A stretch of 64,000 nucleotides of DNA from Octopus vulgaris (Eukaryota): positions 81,220,001 to 81,284,000 of the forward strand of contig OX597827.1 of the NCBI GenBank assembly GCA_951406725.2. The letters run 5' to 3'. Positions 24,368 to 38,279 of the stretch are shown here, piece by piece. Position numbers and translations under genes: made by a program. Under the pieces are notes generated by a model that was given only the letters and a program-made list of their open reading frames with translations, was not told where the DNA came from and made no database searches. Numbering within the stretch: the stretch's first letter is position 1; each line of letters begins with the position of its first letter.

Positions 24368-25628
24368 AATGAATTTCTCCAGAGGTTGGTCAGAGAGACT
24401 GCAAGTTGGTGTCTACATTCCTTCAGGAGACTAGCGGGGAATCTATCAGGGCCTACAGCAGAGTAGTATTTGACCTCATTTATTGCTGCTATGTCAGTTG
24501 CAGTGAAGGTTATGTCAGAGATTTTATGTTGGGAGTCAACTTCGTTCGCTTCTCTTACGTCAATATCAGTGGGAACACTAAAGACAGAGCAGTATTGTTT
24601 CTGCAGTACTTCTACCATTTCTTTAGCATCGTGTTGGGGAATGCCGTTATCATCGATCAATGGTCCAATGGGTGAGACAGAGGTTCTATGCTTATTTGCA
24701 TAGGAATAGAACACTTTTGGGTTCTGTTTGATGTTTTTGATTACTCACTGTTCCTCCACAGCTCTTTGATTTTCAATGGAGGTTTTCATGTCGGTCTGCA
24801 GATGAAGTTTTTCCAACTCTAGCCTTTTCATTGTTGTTGAATGTGGATGTTGTATGTGGGAATATTTTAATTGGTTGATTTTTTGTTGAGTCTTTTGATG
24901 CGCCTGATGAGTGTTTTTTTCTTTTTAGGCAGCCGGTTTCTGTTTGTGTTAGTAGATTTCGTGGGAACGTGTTTAGAGCATGTATAGGTGACAATGTTGT
25001 CAAAGTGCTGCCATGCGGTCTCAATATGGGTGGAATTGAGAGTAAAAGACCAGTCGATGAAAGACAGATCCTTTCTGATTGCTCCCCAGTCCGCTTTGTG
25101 GAAGTTTATGTTGTCAAATGAGTACTATGGAGTGGGATTGGCTGGTTTGGTTTTTATATGTCGGGAATTAAAATTGCAGAGTACCATGTCGTGGTCTGAG
25201 AGGAGAGTTTTTTCAACTGAAATACTGTGAACGAAGCTAGAGTGATTGGTCAATACCAGATCCAAGATCGTTTTATTCTGTCTCGTTGGTTCGAGCACTA
25301 GCTGAGTCAGGAAGTATTCATCCATTAGATTAAAGAGCAGTTCTGCTGCTGCTCTATCTGATGTAGAGCACTTGCCTAACTTTAGAGTATTTGTGGGCCA
25401 GTTCACATGAGGAAGGTTAAAATCACCCATCACTAGAATGTTTCTGGAGTTGTACTTCCGAAGGAAGGACTTGACTTTGCTAAAGCACTCTTCAAAGCAC
25501 TTTAGAGGTGCTTGGGGAGGCCTGTAAAGACCAACAATGACTATGTCCTTGGCTTTGTTGTATAGTGATACCGATTCACAATAGCCATTGGAAAATATGT
25601 CCTTGGCATCAAGTGAAAAGGAGTCATG
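24368..25628 (-). mobile_element. CR1/L2-like LINE ORF2 fragment (APE endonuclease plus linker)
   Basis: VGLYRPP, VMGDFNLPHVNW, ILDLVLTN and SDHDMV, then KQNPKVFYSY, YCSVFS and AVGPDRFPASLLKEC; stops and frameshifts present. Confidence 0.88.
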
Positions 25629-25629
25629 G

Positions 25630-26370
<741 letters not shown>

Positions 26371-27386
26371 CGTACATATACATATGTAAACGTTTGTGTG
26401 TGTGTGTATGCTTGTCTGTGTATACGTGCATCCTTGTCTAGACATCATGTGATGGTTTACAATGAGTATTACATATATAAGTACATTCATGTATGTATAT
26501 ATGCATATATTCCCATACACACACACACACACACACACTACACATTTAGACAGTTGTGACTTTTCTGTAAATTAATAAATCTTAACAGTTTGTTGTCTGT
26601 GTAACTCCTGATCTCTAAAAACAACACACACACAGACACAGACACTCACAAATAAGCATGCAAACGCATGCACACGCGTGCACACACATGTGTATATTGT
26701 TGTACATACGTCTGTATATGTATGTATACATAAACAAACACTCATATATGTCTATGTATAGTAGTAGTGGTGGTGGTGGTGGTGGTGGTGGCAGTGTGTG
26801 TGTGTGTGTGTGTGTGTAACAGAGAACAGTGTATTGGTGGCCTCTCTGTTGTTACCTTGGCAACAGTCCACATGAGAGTTCTGACCTTAGAGGGATTGGT
26901 ATCTCACCAATTGGTCTAGACATACTACTCTCACCACCACAACCACCACCACCATCTCCACCACCATCACCATCTCCACCACCATCATCACCTCATCATC
27001 ATCATCATCATCACAGTCATTGCATTCTCCAGCTTCATCAAAATTATTATCAGTCTGAAGGATATTTGGCTGTTATTTCTAGTAACAGCAGGAACCACAT
27101 ACAACTCTGTGACAATCATGTCTTTTGGTGCCCCCAGTTATTCATTCAAGACCCAAGAATGAGAGAATGGTCCCTGTCTATGATTTTAACTCTCACCTGA
27201 CTGAGTTCCCCTGTTTTGGTCACAGAACCCCATCACACACACACAAACACAAACACAAACACACACAGAGCCAATGAGGAAGACCTCTTCCAGGTTGCTC
27301 CAGCTGCTACAAATAGCAACTAAATCTCCCTCAAATCACTCCCTGCTGTCTTACACATGTGAAAGATAAATAAAATAATGTTGTGA

Positions 27387-27660
27387 GTGAAGGCATGGAG
27401 CTTAGTTGTTCGGGGGATTCAGCTTGCAATTGTAAGGTCGTGAGTTCAATTCCTGGTGGTGCATGGTAACCTTGAGCAAGTCACTTCATTGCTCCAATCC
27501 ACTCAGCTGGCAAAACTGGGTTACACCTGTAATACAAAGGGCCAGCCTCGTCACACTGTGTTATGCTGAATCTTCCTCAGAACTACATTATGGATATGTT
27601 GTCTGTGGTGTACTCAGCCACCTGCATGTTCATTTCACAAGCAGGCTGTTCCATAACCAA
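27387..27660 (+). mobile_element. Decayed tRNA-derived SINE family D
   Basis: gtgaaggcatgg..gtgagttcaattcc..cttgagcaag..cattgctcca..cactcagctg, related to 57138-57480. Confidence 0.6.
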
Positions 27661-27739
27661 TCCAGCATCACTCTTAAACGATGTACTCTTAGATACATTA
27701 TGATTATAGAAGAGACATTTTATTTAATATTTTTATATT

Positions 27740-28107
27740 ATTTGTTTCAGTCATTGGACTGTGGCCATGCTGGAGCACCGCCTTTGGTCGAGTAAATCGA
27801 CCCCGAGACTTATTCTTTATAAGCCTAGTACTTATTCTATCGGTCTCTGTTGCCAAATTGTTAAGTTACAGAGATGTTAACACACCAGTATTGGTTGCCA
27901 TGCGATGTTGGGGGGGGGGGGGAACAAACAAAGACACACATATATATGATGAACTTCTTTCAGTTTCCGTCTACCAAATCCACTCACAATGCTTTGGTCA
28001 ACCCGAGGCTATAGTAGAAGACACTTACCCAAGGTGCCACGCAGTGGGACTGAACCTGGAACCATGTGGTTGGTAAGCAAGCTACTTACCACACAGCTAC
28101 TCCTGCA

Positions 28108-28143
<36 letters not shown>

Positions 28144-28303
28144 ACAAGCTTCTTTCAGTTCCAATCTACCAAATCCATTCACAATGCTTTGGTCAATCCG
28201 AGGCTATAGTAGAAGACACTTGCCCAACATGCCACACAGTGGGACTGAACCTGGAACCATGTGGTTGGTAAGCAAGCTACTTACCACACAGCCACTCCTG
28301 CAC
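27740..28303 (-). mobile_element. SINE family B with duplicated 5' head
   Basis: Full copy at 27740-28110 plus a second head at 28143-28303. Both heads share cacaatgctttggtcaa, suggesting local duplication. Confidence 0.8.
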
Positions 28304-28639
28304 CTATATATATATATATGCTTGTATGCATCCTTTCAAGAGATATGTTAACCTTTGTTCTATAATCTCATAAAATCCCTGAAGAAGTTCATCCCCGTAC
28401 AGTTAAAAACAATCTCATTCTTAGCCTATAACCAAATGCTTAGAATTACCTATCAACTGGGGCATGAACTGAAACATATATGTAGGCTTTTTTTTTTATC
28501 CCATCTCCCATTGCTTTTTGAGCTTTACAATTTATAACTTATTTGTATTGTTATTTCTAAAAAATTTCAACATTTTTATAACATACAAATAAATTATTCA
28601 AACATCCATCTTTCTTCATTTTCTTTCTTTCAGTACATA

Positions 28640-28684
28640 CAGACAGTCGGACAGACAGGTAGATAGAAAGACAGACAGACAGAC

Positions 28685-28719
<35 letters not shown>

Positions 28720-28937
28720 CAGAGGGACAGACAGACAGACAGACACATAGACAGATAGACAGATAGATAGATAGATAGACAGACAAAGACAAAGTCTGAC
28801 AGACAGATAGGCAGTCAGACAGACATGCAGACAGACACATAGATAGATAGCTAAACAGATAGACAGACAAACTGACTGACAGACAGATAGGCAGACAGAC
28901 ATGTAGACAGACAGACAGACAGATAGATAGACAGACA
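28640..28937. repeat. (GATA)n/(GACA)n compound microsatellite
   Basis: Direct reading of the sequence. Confidence 0.95.
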
Positions 28938-29503
28938 ATGTGAATTCCTGTATACAAAAGTACACATATGTTGTATGCAGCTCAGATGTTTGTGTGTAGG
29001 CATGTAAAGCACATGTGTGAGTGTGTGTGTGTGTGTGTGTATGCAGTGTGTGTGTGCATGCAGTTGTATGTGTGCATGTGGTTGATTGTGTGTGTGCGTG
29101 TGTGTATGCCTAGTGAAGAAACCCCATCAATCTAAGCTTTATGGAGCTCATCGATCAATTAAGGGGCAAAACTGGCAGCCCCTACTGGCATTGAACTCTC
29201 ATATTACAACCAACACATGCACACACAAATATGCAAATATATATATATGAACATGCATATACAAACACAGATACACAGACATATACACACGTATGTATGT
29301 GTGTGTGTGTGCGTGTGTGTGTTTGTAAGTGTGTGCATACAAACATACACATGCATGCATAGACATAATCATTCAATGTGTGAATCCATAGAATAATTTA
29401 TGCAAATATATACAGACACACACATTCACAAACACACCCACATATATACACACAGACACATATATCTATATAAACATATACATACATATATATATGTATG
29501 TAA

Positions 29504-29554
<51 letters not shown>

Positions 29555-29580
29555 TATGTACATAGAGATGTGTATATATA

Positions 29581-29644
<64 letters not shown>

Positions 29645-29883
29645 CGTCTCAGTATATTCTTATTTAGATAAAATACTAACTTCCTAAAAAAAGGAGATGC
29701 ATAAAATAAATATTGGAAGTATATCTTGTTACAAGAATTCGTATCGTTGGCCCCGAGAGGGTGAAAATCAAAGCTGACCTTGTACAGGATTTGACCCCAA
29801 AACATTTAGAAATGAAAGTAAATTTAAAAAGTGGTTAATAGTGGTGGCCACTGAAGTTGTACAACTGTAACATATATATGCAA

Positions 29884-29921
<38 letters not shown>

Positions 29922-29971
29922 ATCTTTATATCTGTATATCTATTTGTCTGTCTGTCTGTCTGTCTCTGGCG

Positions 29972-30005
<34 letters not shown>

Positions 30006-30096
30006 GTATGTATGTATATACACACACACACACACACATAAATAGTTAGATAGACCGATTGATAGATAAATAGACAGATAGATATACACATATATA

Positions 30097-30440
30097 CATC
30101 CGAACGTAGCCGTTGCCAGCGCCGCCTCGACGGGCCTCCGTGCCGGTGGCATGTAAAAAGCACCATCCGACTGTGGCTGTTTGCCAGCCTCGCCTGGCCC
30201 CCGTGCCGGTGGCATGTAAAAAACACCATCCGGCCGTGGGCGTTTGCCGGCCCCATCTGGCACCTGTGCCGGTGGCACGTAGAAAGCATCCACTACACTC
30301 ACGGAGTGGTTGGCGTTAGGAAGGGCATCCAGCCGTAGAAACATTGCCAGATCAGACTGGAGCCTGGTGCAGCCTCCTGGGTTCCCAGACCCCAGTTGAA
30401 CAGTCCATGGAAAGCGGACGCTAAATGATGATGATGATGA

Positions 30441-30444
<4 letters not shown>
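30097..30444 (+). mobile_element. RTE LINE 3' tail
   Basis: Three gtgccggtggca(c/t)gta units, gcatccagccgtagaaac, and end aaagcggacgctaaat(gat)n. Confidence 0.8.
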
Positions 30445-30487
<43 letters not shown>

Positions 30488-31029
30488 TATATATATATGC
30501 ATATGTGTGTGTGTGTGTGTGTGTGTTTGCATGTTGGACAATATGCAAAATAAAGAAGACAACAGGAGAGTGACAAGTCTGAACAAATGTAATGGCTTAA
30601 TGCTTAGAGAAAAGGAGTCTTGATGTTTCGGATGCTTGTCTTTTGTCAGAAGAAGATGGGAAAATCATAAGGAGGAGAGGCGGTTGGAAAGACAGAAAGA
30701 AAGGAAGAAAGAGTTAGGGGTTGGGTGGGAATGTGGTTCAAATGGAAAGACATAGGAAGTGAGGAAAAGGAGGTGGGTTTGTGTGTTTGTGTATAGAGGT
30801 GCACTGGGGATGTGTGTGTGTGTGGTTGCATTGGATAGTGGGGTGTGTAGAAGTTTGGCATGTTGGTGTGATCGTATTGTATATGAGGGGAGGCGCGAGG
30901 GAGGTGAAAGAAATGTAAGAAAAAATACAGAAGAAAATTATGTGAAAAATAAATTTAAAAATTAGTAAAAGAAAAAAGTTATAATATTGGTGGAAGGTCA
31001 GGAAATTAAGTAACAGGCATAAGCTTTTC

Positions 31030-31241
31030 TTTTCTATTTTAGGCACAAGGCCTGAAATTTTCTGGGAGGGGGTCAGTCGATTACATTGACCCCAGTATGC
31101 AACTGGTACTTAATTTATTGATCCTGAAAGGATGAAAAGCAAAGTCAACCTTGGTGGAATTTGAACTCAGAATGTAAAGACAGGCAAGATACCACTAAGC
31201 ATTTCGCCCAGTGTGCTAATGATTCTGCCAGCTCTCCACCT
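31030..31241 (-). mobile_element. SINE family A with 17-bp target-site duplication
   Basis: ttaagtaacaggcataa at 31006-31022 and 31242-31258. Confidence 0.85.
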
Positions 31242-31264
31242 TTAAGTAACAGGCATAATGCTTA

Positions 31265-31492
31265 AGGCGGCGAGCTGGCAGAAATGTTAGCACGCCGGGC
31301 GAAATGCTTAGCGGTATTTCGTCTGCGTTACGTTGTGAGTTCAAATTCCGCTGAGGTCGACTTTGCCTTTCATCCTTTCGTCGATAATTAAGTACCAGTT
31401 ACGCACTGGGGTCGATGTAATCGACTTAATACCTATGTCTGTCCTTGTTTGTCCCCTCTTTGTTTAGCCCCTTGTGGGTAATAAAGAAATAG
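31265..31492 (+). mobile_element. SINE family A
   Basis: aggcggcgagctggcagaaatgttagcacgccgggcg..gagttcaaattccgc..gcccttgtgggtaataaagaaatagg. Confidence 0.9.
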
Positions 31493-32018
31493 GTATAATG
31501 CTTGAGGAAAATAATCGGGTAAGCAAAGGCCATCGAAGGGGGCAGAGACAGAGAAAAAGTGAAGAAACATTTTACAGGTTAAACACTGAAGTAAAAAGAA
31601 ATTTTGTATCAAAAAGAAAGAAAAAAAAAAGAAAGAAAATCAGAAAAAACAACAGTAAGAAAGTACAACTGAATGTTACATTTCGGAAAGGACATTTGAA
31701 AAAACTACAAGGCTAGAGATGGGAGTGATGACCTCCTTTGCTTACACTATACAGACACAAACTGTGTGTCGATAGCCAGCTGGAAAAGAGGTTTGCCTGG
31801 GGCTAACACAACAGTAACATCGTCCTTTACAGGACTGCCACATTCTGTTGGCATAGAAACTTTACTATGTATTACACAGCGAGTGAAAATATCAAAATCC
31901 AGGGATGAATTCCAGCAGAGAAATGGCAGTGAACCAAATGTCTCATGAGTTTTGGTGACGGGAGAGTAATAAATGATAATGGTGGTACATGGAAAGTCAC
32001 ACATGGGGGAGATAGCAA

Positions 32019-32052
<34 letters not shown>

Positions 32053-32592
32053 ATAATAATAATAATAATAATGATGATGATGAGGATAATGGTTTGAAGG
32101 CCATCAATTTTGGGTGAGGGTGCAAGTCATAGATAACTTCACCCACACCAGAGGCCAGTTGATACCCAAAAGGATAAAAAGCCAAGTCAACCTTAGCAGC
32201 ATTTGGAACTCAGAATGTAAAGACTCGAAAGAAATGCCACAAAGCATTTTGCTAATAATTCTTCGAGCATTCCACGTTAATGATGATAATAAAACTAAAT
32301 ACTATTGAAGCCAGGGCATGTAAGCCACCACTGCGACTAACAACAGTCCACTGTGTCATTAGGGAGAGGAAGATATTGACCCTTTTGTAGCAAGTTACAA
32401 ATTGTCAAATCAGAAATAACATCAGAGACATCCTGGTTATTTTCCGGCAATGGGACCACACATGTGCCTTCCTCTGAACTTTCAGCTTCTTCTTTCTTTT
32501 CCTCCTCTCTGGAATTCTCCCTCTCTCCAAGGAAGGGCCAGGCTTGAAACATAATTTCCACTCCTATTTTTCCATCTGAAACTTTCACTTAG

Positions 32593-32593
<1 letters not shown>

Positions 32594-32625
<32 letters not shown>

Positions 32626-33278
32626 TTAATATCCATTTTCAATGCTGGCATGGGTTGGACAGCTTGACAGGACCTGGCAAGGCCAGGAGCTACACCAGGT
32701 GCCATAGTCTGTTTTGACATGGTTTCTGCATCTGGATGCCCTTCCTAATGCCAACCACTTTACAAAGTGTACGGGGTGCTTTTTACATGGTGCCAACACT
32801 AGTGCTTTTTTGTGGTACTAGCACCCACACCAATGCTTTCTATGTGGCACCTTGGTTTTAGGATCTCGATTCTGTTGTGGCAGGCAGATCTTCTTGAATA
32901 CAGCAATGTGCCACACATCCTGGTTCTTTGTCATTTCTTTCAAAAGTCTCAATGTTTTGAGATTGGCCTTCAGTACTTCAATCCATGTCTGGGTTTCCCT
33001 CTTCTACAATTTCCTCCACTTGAAATAATCAGCATTTCTTAATACGACTGTTCTCATTCATGCTCACATCAGGACCAAACCAGCGCAGTCTCCTCTCTTG
33101 CACACTGCATATAATTCCTCTCCTCTCCCAACTTCTCTCGCTATATCAATGCTTTGTTGCACATACACACTGACATTGCACATCCAGTAAAGCATACCAG
33201 CTTTGCTCCTCTCCAGCCTTTGCTTCTCCTCTGCATCCAGGGCTCACATCTCACTACCATACAGTCTTCCCTTTACTC

Positions 33279-33367
<89 letters not shown>

Positions 33368-33420
33368 TGGTTATCAACAGCGATAAAATTTCTCTGAACT
33401 TTCTCCATCCTATTCTTAGC
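32594..33420 (-). mobile_element. Older RTE LINE 3' fragment interrupted by (AG)n
   Basis: (CAT)n tail and UTR motif ctggatgcccttcctaatgcc; decayed VQERRLRWFG coding on the minus strand; (AG)n at 33279-33364. Confidence 0.7.
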
Positions 33421-33519
33421 ATCAATCTAATATATACACTGTGTACATCTAATTGACTTTTTCCTGTTTTTTATTTTCTATTTTTGAATTTACTTTGTAA
33501 AAAAGATGGCTACAGTTCT

Positions 33520-33930
33520 TCAGACAAATGGTACAACATTATTCAACAGAAAAGGCTGTAAATGAATTTGATAAACTCAAAATTGTATGGGATTTTGACG
33601 CCGAGACAGACAGAACACTGCAGACATAATATCGTTATACATGACATAATGATATGAAAGAATGTCTTCTAATAGACACATTAATTCCTTTAGACAAAAA
33701 TATTGTAGACAAAGAAGTGAAAAAGATCTCAATTTATGCTATTTTAAATATGATGATCTGAAAAATAACTTGGCTAACAGCAAAAGTGGAAGTTGGCATT
33801 GGGGTGGTAGGTTTAATTTACAAAAGGACTCTCTTACCACCTGGAATGGTTGGCCATCGAGACAGACATGTAAGTGCTCCAAACATCTGCTGCTTTTGGA
33901 GCAGCTTGTATTCTTACCTTTTGTTTAAGG
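33520..33930 (+). mobile_element. R4/Dong-like RLE retrotransposon 3' fragment
   Basis: Decayed DKWY..DKLKIVWDFDAETDRTL..NIVIHD..KECLLIDTLIPLDKNIVDKEVKKISIY..GIGVVGLI. A (TAA)n-rich tail follows at ~34014-34062. Confidence 0.65.
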
Positions 33931-34089
33931 TCTTTTGTGAAGATTCTCAGCCAACATGAAAGGGAAAACACAACAAAAACCAATATTTTATATCCTTGCA
34001 TTGCAAGAAAATATAATAATAAAAATAATAATCCTTTCTCCTAAAAGAATAAATAATAATAATCGTTTCAGTTGAAAGGATTAGTTCAG

Positions 34090-34480
34090 GCATAGGGCCT
34101 GAAGATTTGGAGGATGGGGTTTGTCGATAACATTGACGATAACATTGTCGATAACATTGACCCTAGTACTTGAGTAGTAATTATTTTATAGACCCTGGAA
34201 GGATGAAACCTCAATGGAATTTGAACTCAGAACATAAAGGCATATGAAACTCCATTAAATATTTCAGCCAGCGTGCTAATGAGTCTGCCAGCATGCCATG
34301 TTAATAATGATATTAATAATAATAATAATAATACTTTCTACTAAAAGCACAAGGCCTGGAATGTTGTTGGGGAGGCAGTTTAGTCAATTACATCGACCCC
34401 AGCGTTTCACTGGTACTTATTTTATTGACCCCAAAAGGATGGCAGGTAAAGCTGGCCTTGGTGGAATTTGAACTCAGAAA
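34090..34480 (-). mobile_element. Two decayed SINE family A copies
   Basis: aggcctg..attgaccc/atcgacccc..ggatg..ggaatttgaactcagaa motifs occur twice. Confidence 0.7.
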
Positions 34481-35529
34481 TAATAATAACTAGCTTAAGG
34501 TGACCTGCTCTATGTGCAGGTAAGAGTGTGGTTGTTACTTTCTGTTGCTTCCTTTCTTTTTTTTATCACCACATTCTCCCTCTTTGTTTCTCTCTCCCTT
34601 TCCCACTCTCTTACTCTTCCTTTCTCCCGGACTCTCCCTCGCTTTCTCTTACTCTCTGTCTTTCTCTATCTATCTATCTCTCTCTCCCATTTATAAACAA
34701 CAAAAGATCTTGAGAAAGAAAAATATTTTGAAAGATCAATCATAAATATCAGACAGTGACAACAGAAAGGTCTGCTTCAAGGCAGACAGCAAAACACTAA
34801 CATTTAAAAGGGACAGACGAACTTGCGAGCTGAATAAAAATAATAAAATATTGGAAACCAAAGTTTGAAGGGATAGAATCTGAGGATAGTAGAGTCACCA
34901 TGGCTGGCATTTCTTAACAGCGGACAGCAACGTAGTGGCAGTTTAATGGCTGGCGTAAAATTTTGAACTTGATGTAAAAGAAAATTCCTAAACACCAAGT
35001 TTTGAAGTGATTCTTTCTCACGACAGTAGACTCACCATGGCAAGCATTCAAAACTTCTTCATCATGGACGGCAACACATTGAAGATTTAAAGGCTGGCAC
35101 AAATTTTTTAGCTTGATGTAACAGAGAATTCCTAAACACCCGCTCCTGTAAATTTTAATCCCCTTCCAGCCCCATTTAGACCCCCTTTTCACATTTTGGT
35201 TAATATAACCCGATTTCATAGAAACAATCATTCTGCTCATCTGCAGACTCAAATTGTCCAGGCAGAGGTAAATGTTGCTGTCATAATGTCCAAACTAGCT
35301 TTTACTTAAATATTCAGTCACATACTGGGACTCCCTCGAATTCTTCATCCACCCATATATTTGCCAATGATATGTCTACCCTACAAACAGTGTTGTTACT
35401 GACCCAGAAAAACGTGTACCTTTGCTTCTTACCCATGTGGACCAGCAACAATTTGAACAAAGAAAAATAGTCAAATGAAGGTTAGCATGTTTGCAGGTTA
35501 ACCTGATGATTGTGAAATTTTCCTGTGGG

Positions 35530-37370
35530 AGGGAATATACTGATCTGCGTGAGGGCATTTCTGAATCTTTTATTTTTGATGTTCAGGCAGATCTGACAAG
35601 TGTTTTTGTATCTTAGTATATAATTTGTATTCTTTTCTCTGTCTTTTCTTGACCAGTTGGTGTATGACTGTGGTTATTCTAGGATTACCCACATGGTATC
35701 ATTGTCGGCATTGTGCTCTCTTAGTTTCCACATGTGGGAATATGAAACCTTTGAATGTTCCTTCAGCAGTAACCATAAGAATTTCATTTTCTTTTTAACT
35801 ATCTGGTTCAGCTTGGTTGGGATAAGTCCAGATCCATACACAATCGATTTTATATTGCGTGTTTGATCTAAGGGATAAATGTCTGCCTTTCAGAACGAAC
35901 AACCTGTACCTCATGATTAATAACTTTGCTGGTGGTGAGTGAATGTTCACATGTTGCAAGTACAGCTGTTGCTGATTTTCATTGGAGACCCTTTGAAAAA
36001 CTCCCTGTTTTTACAACTAACTGGAAAATGTATATCTGAAAGGGATCAAAAATTTCCCTCTTACTTTGGTTTTAACATTTAAAAGGATCACGTCAGACCA
36101 ATTCTTGCATTGGGTCCATTTGTTGTAGGAGATTTCTCCCTGAAGTTGATCTTTACTTTGGCCCTGTTGTAGACAGGGACCATTTTATCACAAATTTCTT
36201 AAAAAGAAATAAATTTAGAGATTCTCACACTGAAATTAAAGAGAAGGTTTCTAAACACTTGGCATGAGTATGTATTAATAAACCAAAATTTCTCATTTGG
36301 TTAATGGAACAATATGTAAGTCCATGATTCCATCTTCAGAGACATGACTAAGAAATCAGAAATTATTGAAGTTACTAGCAACAGTAGTCCTCAGTCCCAG
36401 ACTGTTGAAAGTGACTTTAAGACTTTTGCCTGAAAGTATCTAGGGCCTGAGTACCATTGCAGTTGAATGATATGGTATATTCCTAAACACGGTATAAGTC
36501 AGTGTTGGAACTGACAAAGTTTGTTTTAAATAGGTCTGGTAGAGAACGACTGACCGGACCAGATGACAGTGTCCGAAAAGTCTGTCGAAACATTAAATGG
36601 GAACATGGATTCAGGTCTTTGGACTGAGGCAATCTTTTTGTTAAAATTTAGAGTTTTGCATGCATGAATGATTGCCTCAACATCCAGTGCTTTATTGCTG
36701 ATGTATATACTAGTGAGTTTTGTGGCCTGAATTAGAGGGGAGGGGCCTAGACATCCATTATAGATAATTGTATAAATATAACTGTTGCCTGACATCTTAT
36801 ATCCCTCAACCAGCTGATATCTACCTTACTCTTAATTCTGTGTTGATTTTCTGATATCTTTTTTTTATTTTGTTGCATTTTATTTTTTTGTCTTTTTGGC
36901 TAATTAAGCCTATTTGTATCTTTGCTGGATTTATTAGTCTACAGCGAGGTTTGTTTGTGAAAACTGGTTTCTGATCTTTTAACATTATGACGGTTTCTCA
37001 GCTAGCCTCGTATTTTATTATGTTATCCATCTTAATTATTTTGGCTATAAACTTAGCTTCTTCCTTGATAGCAATATAAGTGTTAGTGTTTGTCTTTATA
37101 GATTTATTAATTATGTTATCAAGTATCAATTTGTTATATTTATTGCAGGCTGATTCATTGATGTCATTCGTCTTGTCCAAACATATTTATTGCCAGAAGC
37201 CTTAATCTTTCTTGTGTCTGCTAAGTTTACTTAAAAAAAATGGAGGTTGGCGTATTTATGGAATTTTATGTTCACCACTAAACCTAAGAGGTCTGCTTTG
37301 AAGGGTGTTAACTCCTTAACTCTAGTAGAATATTTTTAAGTTTTGATATGAAAAAATTCCGTGGTAGTGG
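35530..37370 (-). mobile_element. Decayed Penelope-like retroelement (RT followed by C-terminal GIY-YIG endonuclease)
   Basis: Minus-strand blocks in order: KELTPFKADLL; DKT..YNKLILDNI..IKEEAKFIAK; MLKDQKPVFTNKPRCRLINPAKIQIG; IIHACKTLNFN; LGLRTTVASNFNNSDFL..PNEKFWFINTYS; YPLDQTRNIKSIVYG; TAEGTFK; HMWKLRE..WVILE..SYTN; KCPH. Many stops and frameshifts. Confidence 0.8.
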
Positions 37371-38279
37371 TTGTCATCTCAGCCTCTCAAATCAGAACTT
37401 TCTAGATCGTCTTTCACATTCTCAGGTACTAACCTGGTATAATGTTTGATGATTTAAGAAGGTTGTTTACCAACAAATCGATTTAGTACAGAAACACGAA
37501 GAGACTTTCATATTTAATTCGGTAAAACGTTCAACATTTCGTAGTGTTTTCTGCCAAATCTTACAATTTAAGTGACTGTAAGAATGTAAAGGGCAAATGC
37601 ACAGGTATGGGTCTAGAATCGGTTATTGCAAGGAGAATTCCCAACAAATATAAAGAACTTAATCCAAGGAAGAGTTAGGAGAGGGTGGTCTTCATCCAGA
37701 GTCTGACCCCTTTGAGTAGTTTCTAGTAGATGCATGCCACATGGGTGCAGTCGTTCTTGCTGCCCCAGGATTCATCAAGCCCAGGGCCATTATGGCTTTG
37801 GATAATGTGTGAGAAACTATAATGGAACACATAGAGAGCGTGTTAAATGATTTGGAAGAGTAAATGTATATTTGAGATGCATGCATGCGTGTGTGTGTGT
37901 GTGTGTGTGTGTCTGTCTGTCTGTCTGTTGCTACTTCATTTATTCAGATTCATTTATGGACCCATTGGCACAGCAAATAACCCCAAAATCTTCATCTGAT
38001 TTTCAAGACATTTGAACCTTTACCCTTGAGACATTTAGGCTTTTTCTCAAATTATTTAATTTAAACTCATTTTTACTGGGTTTTCTCACCCATTATCAGT
38101 AGCCATATTGGTCCCATGGCTTGATGAAAGTTAATACGACATGTGGTGGGCACAGCTGGCCTCCAGCAGCAAGAGGCAGATGTAACTGTCCAGAATGTCC
38201 ACAAGAAACATTTCAGAAGATTGAAGCCAAAAAAAGATAATGAAAAAAAAGAAAAAAAAGAAGGGTCCTAGAAGTGAAT

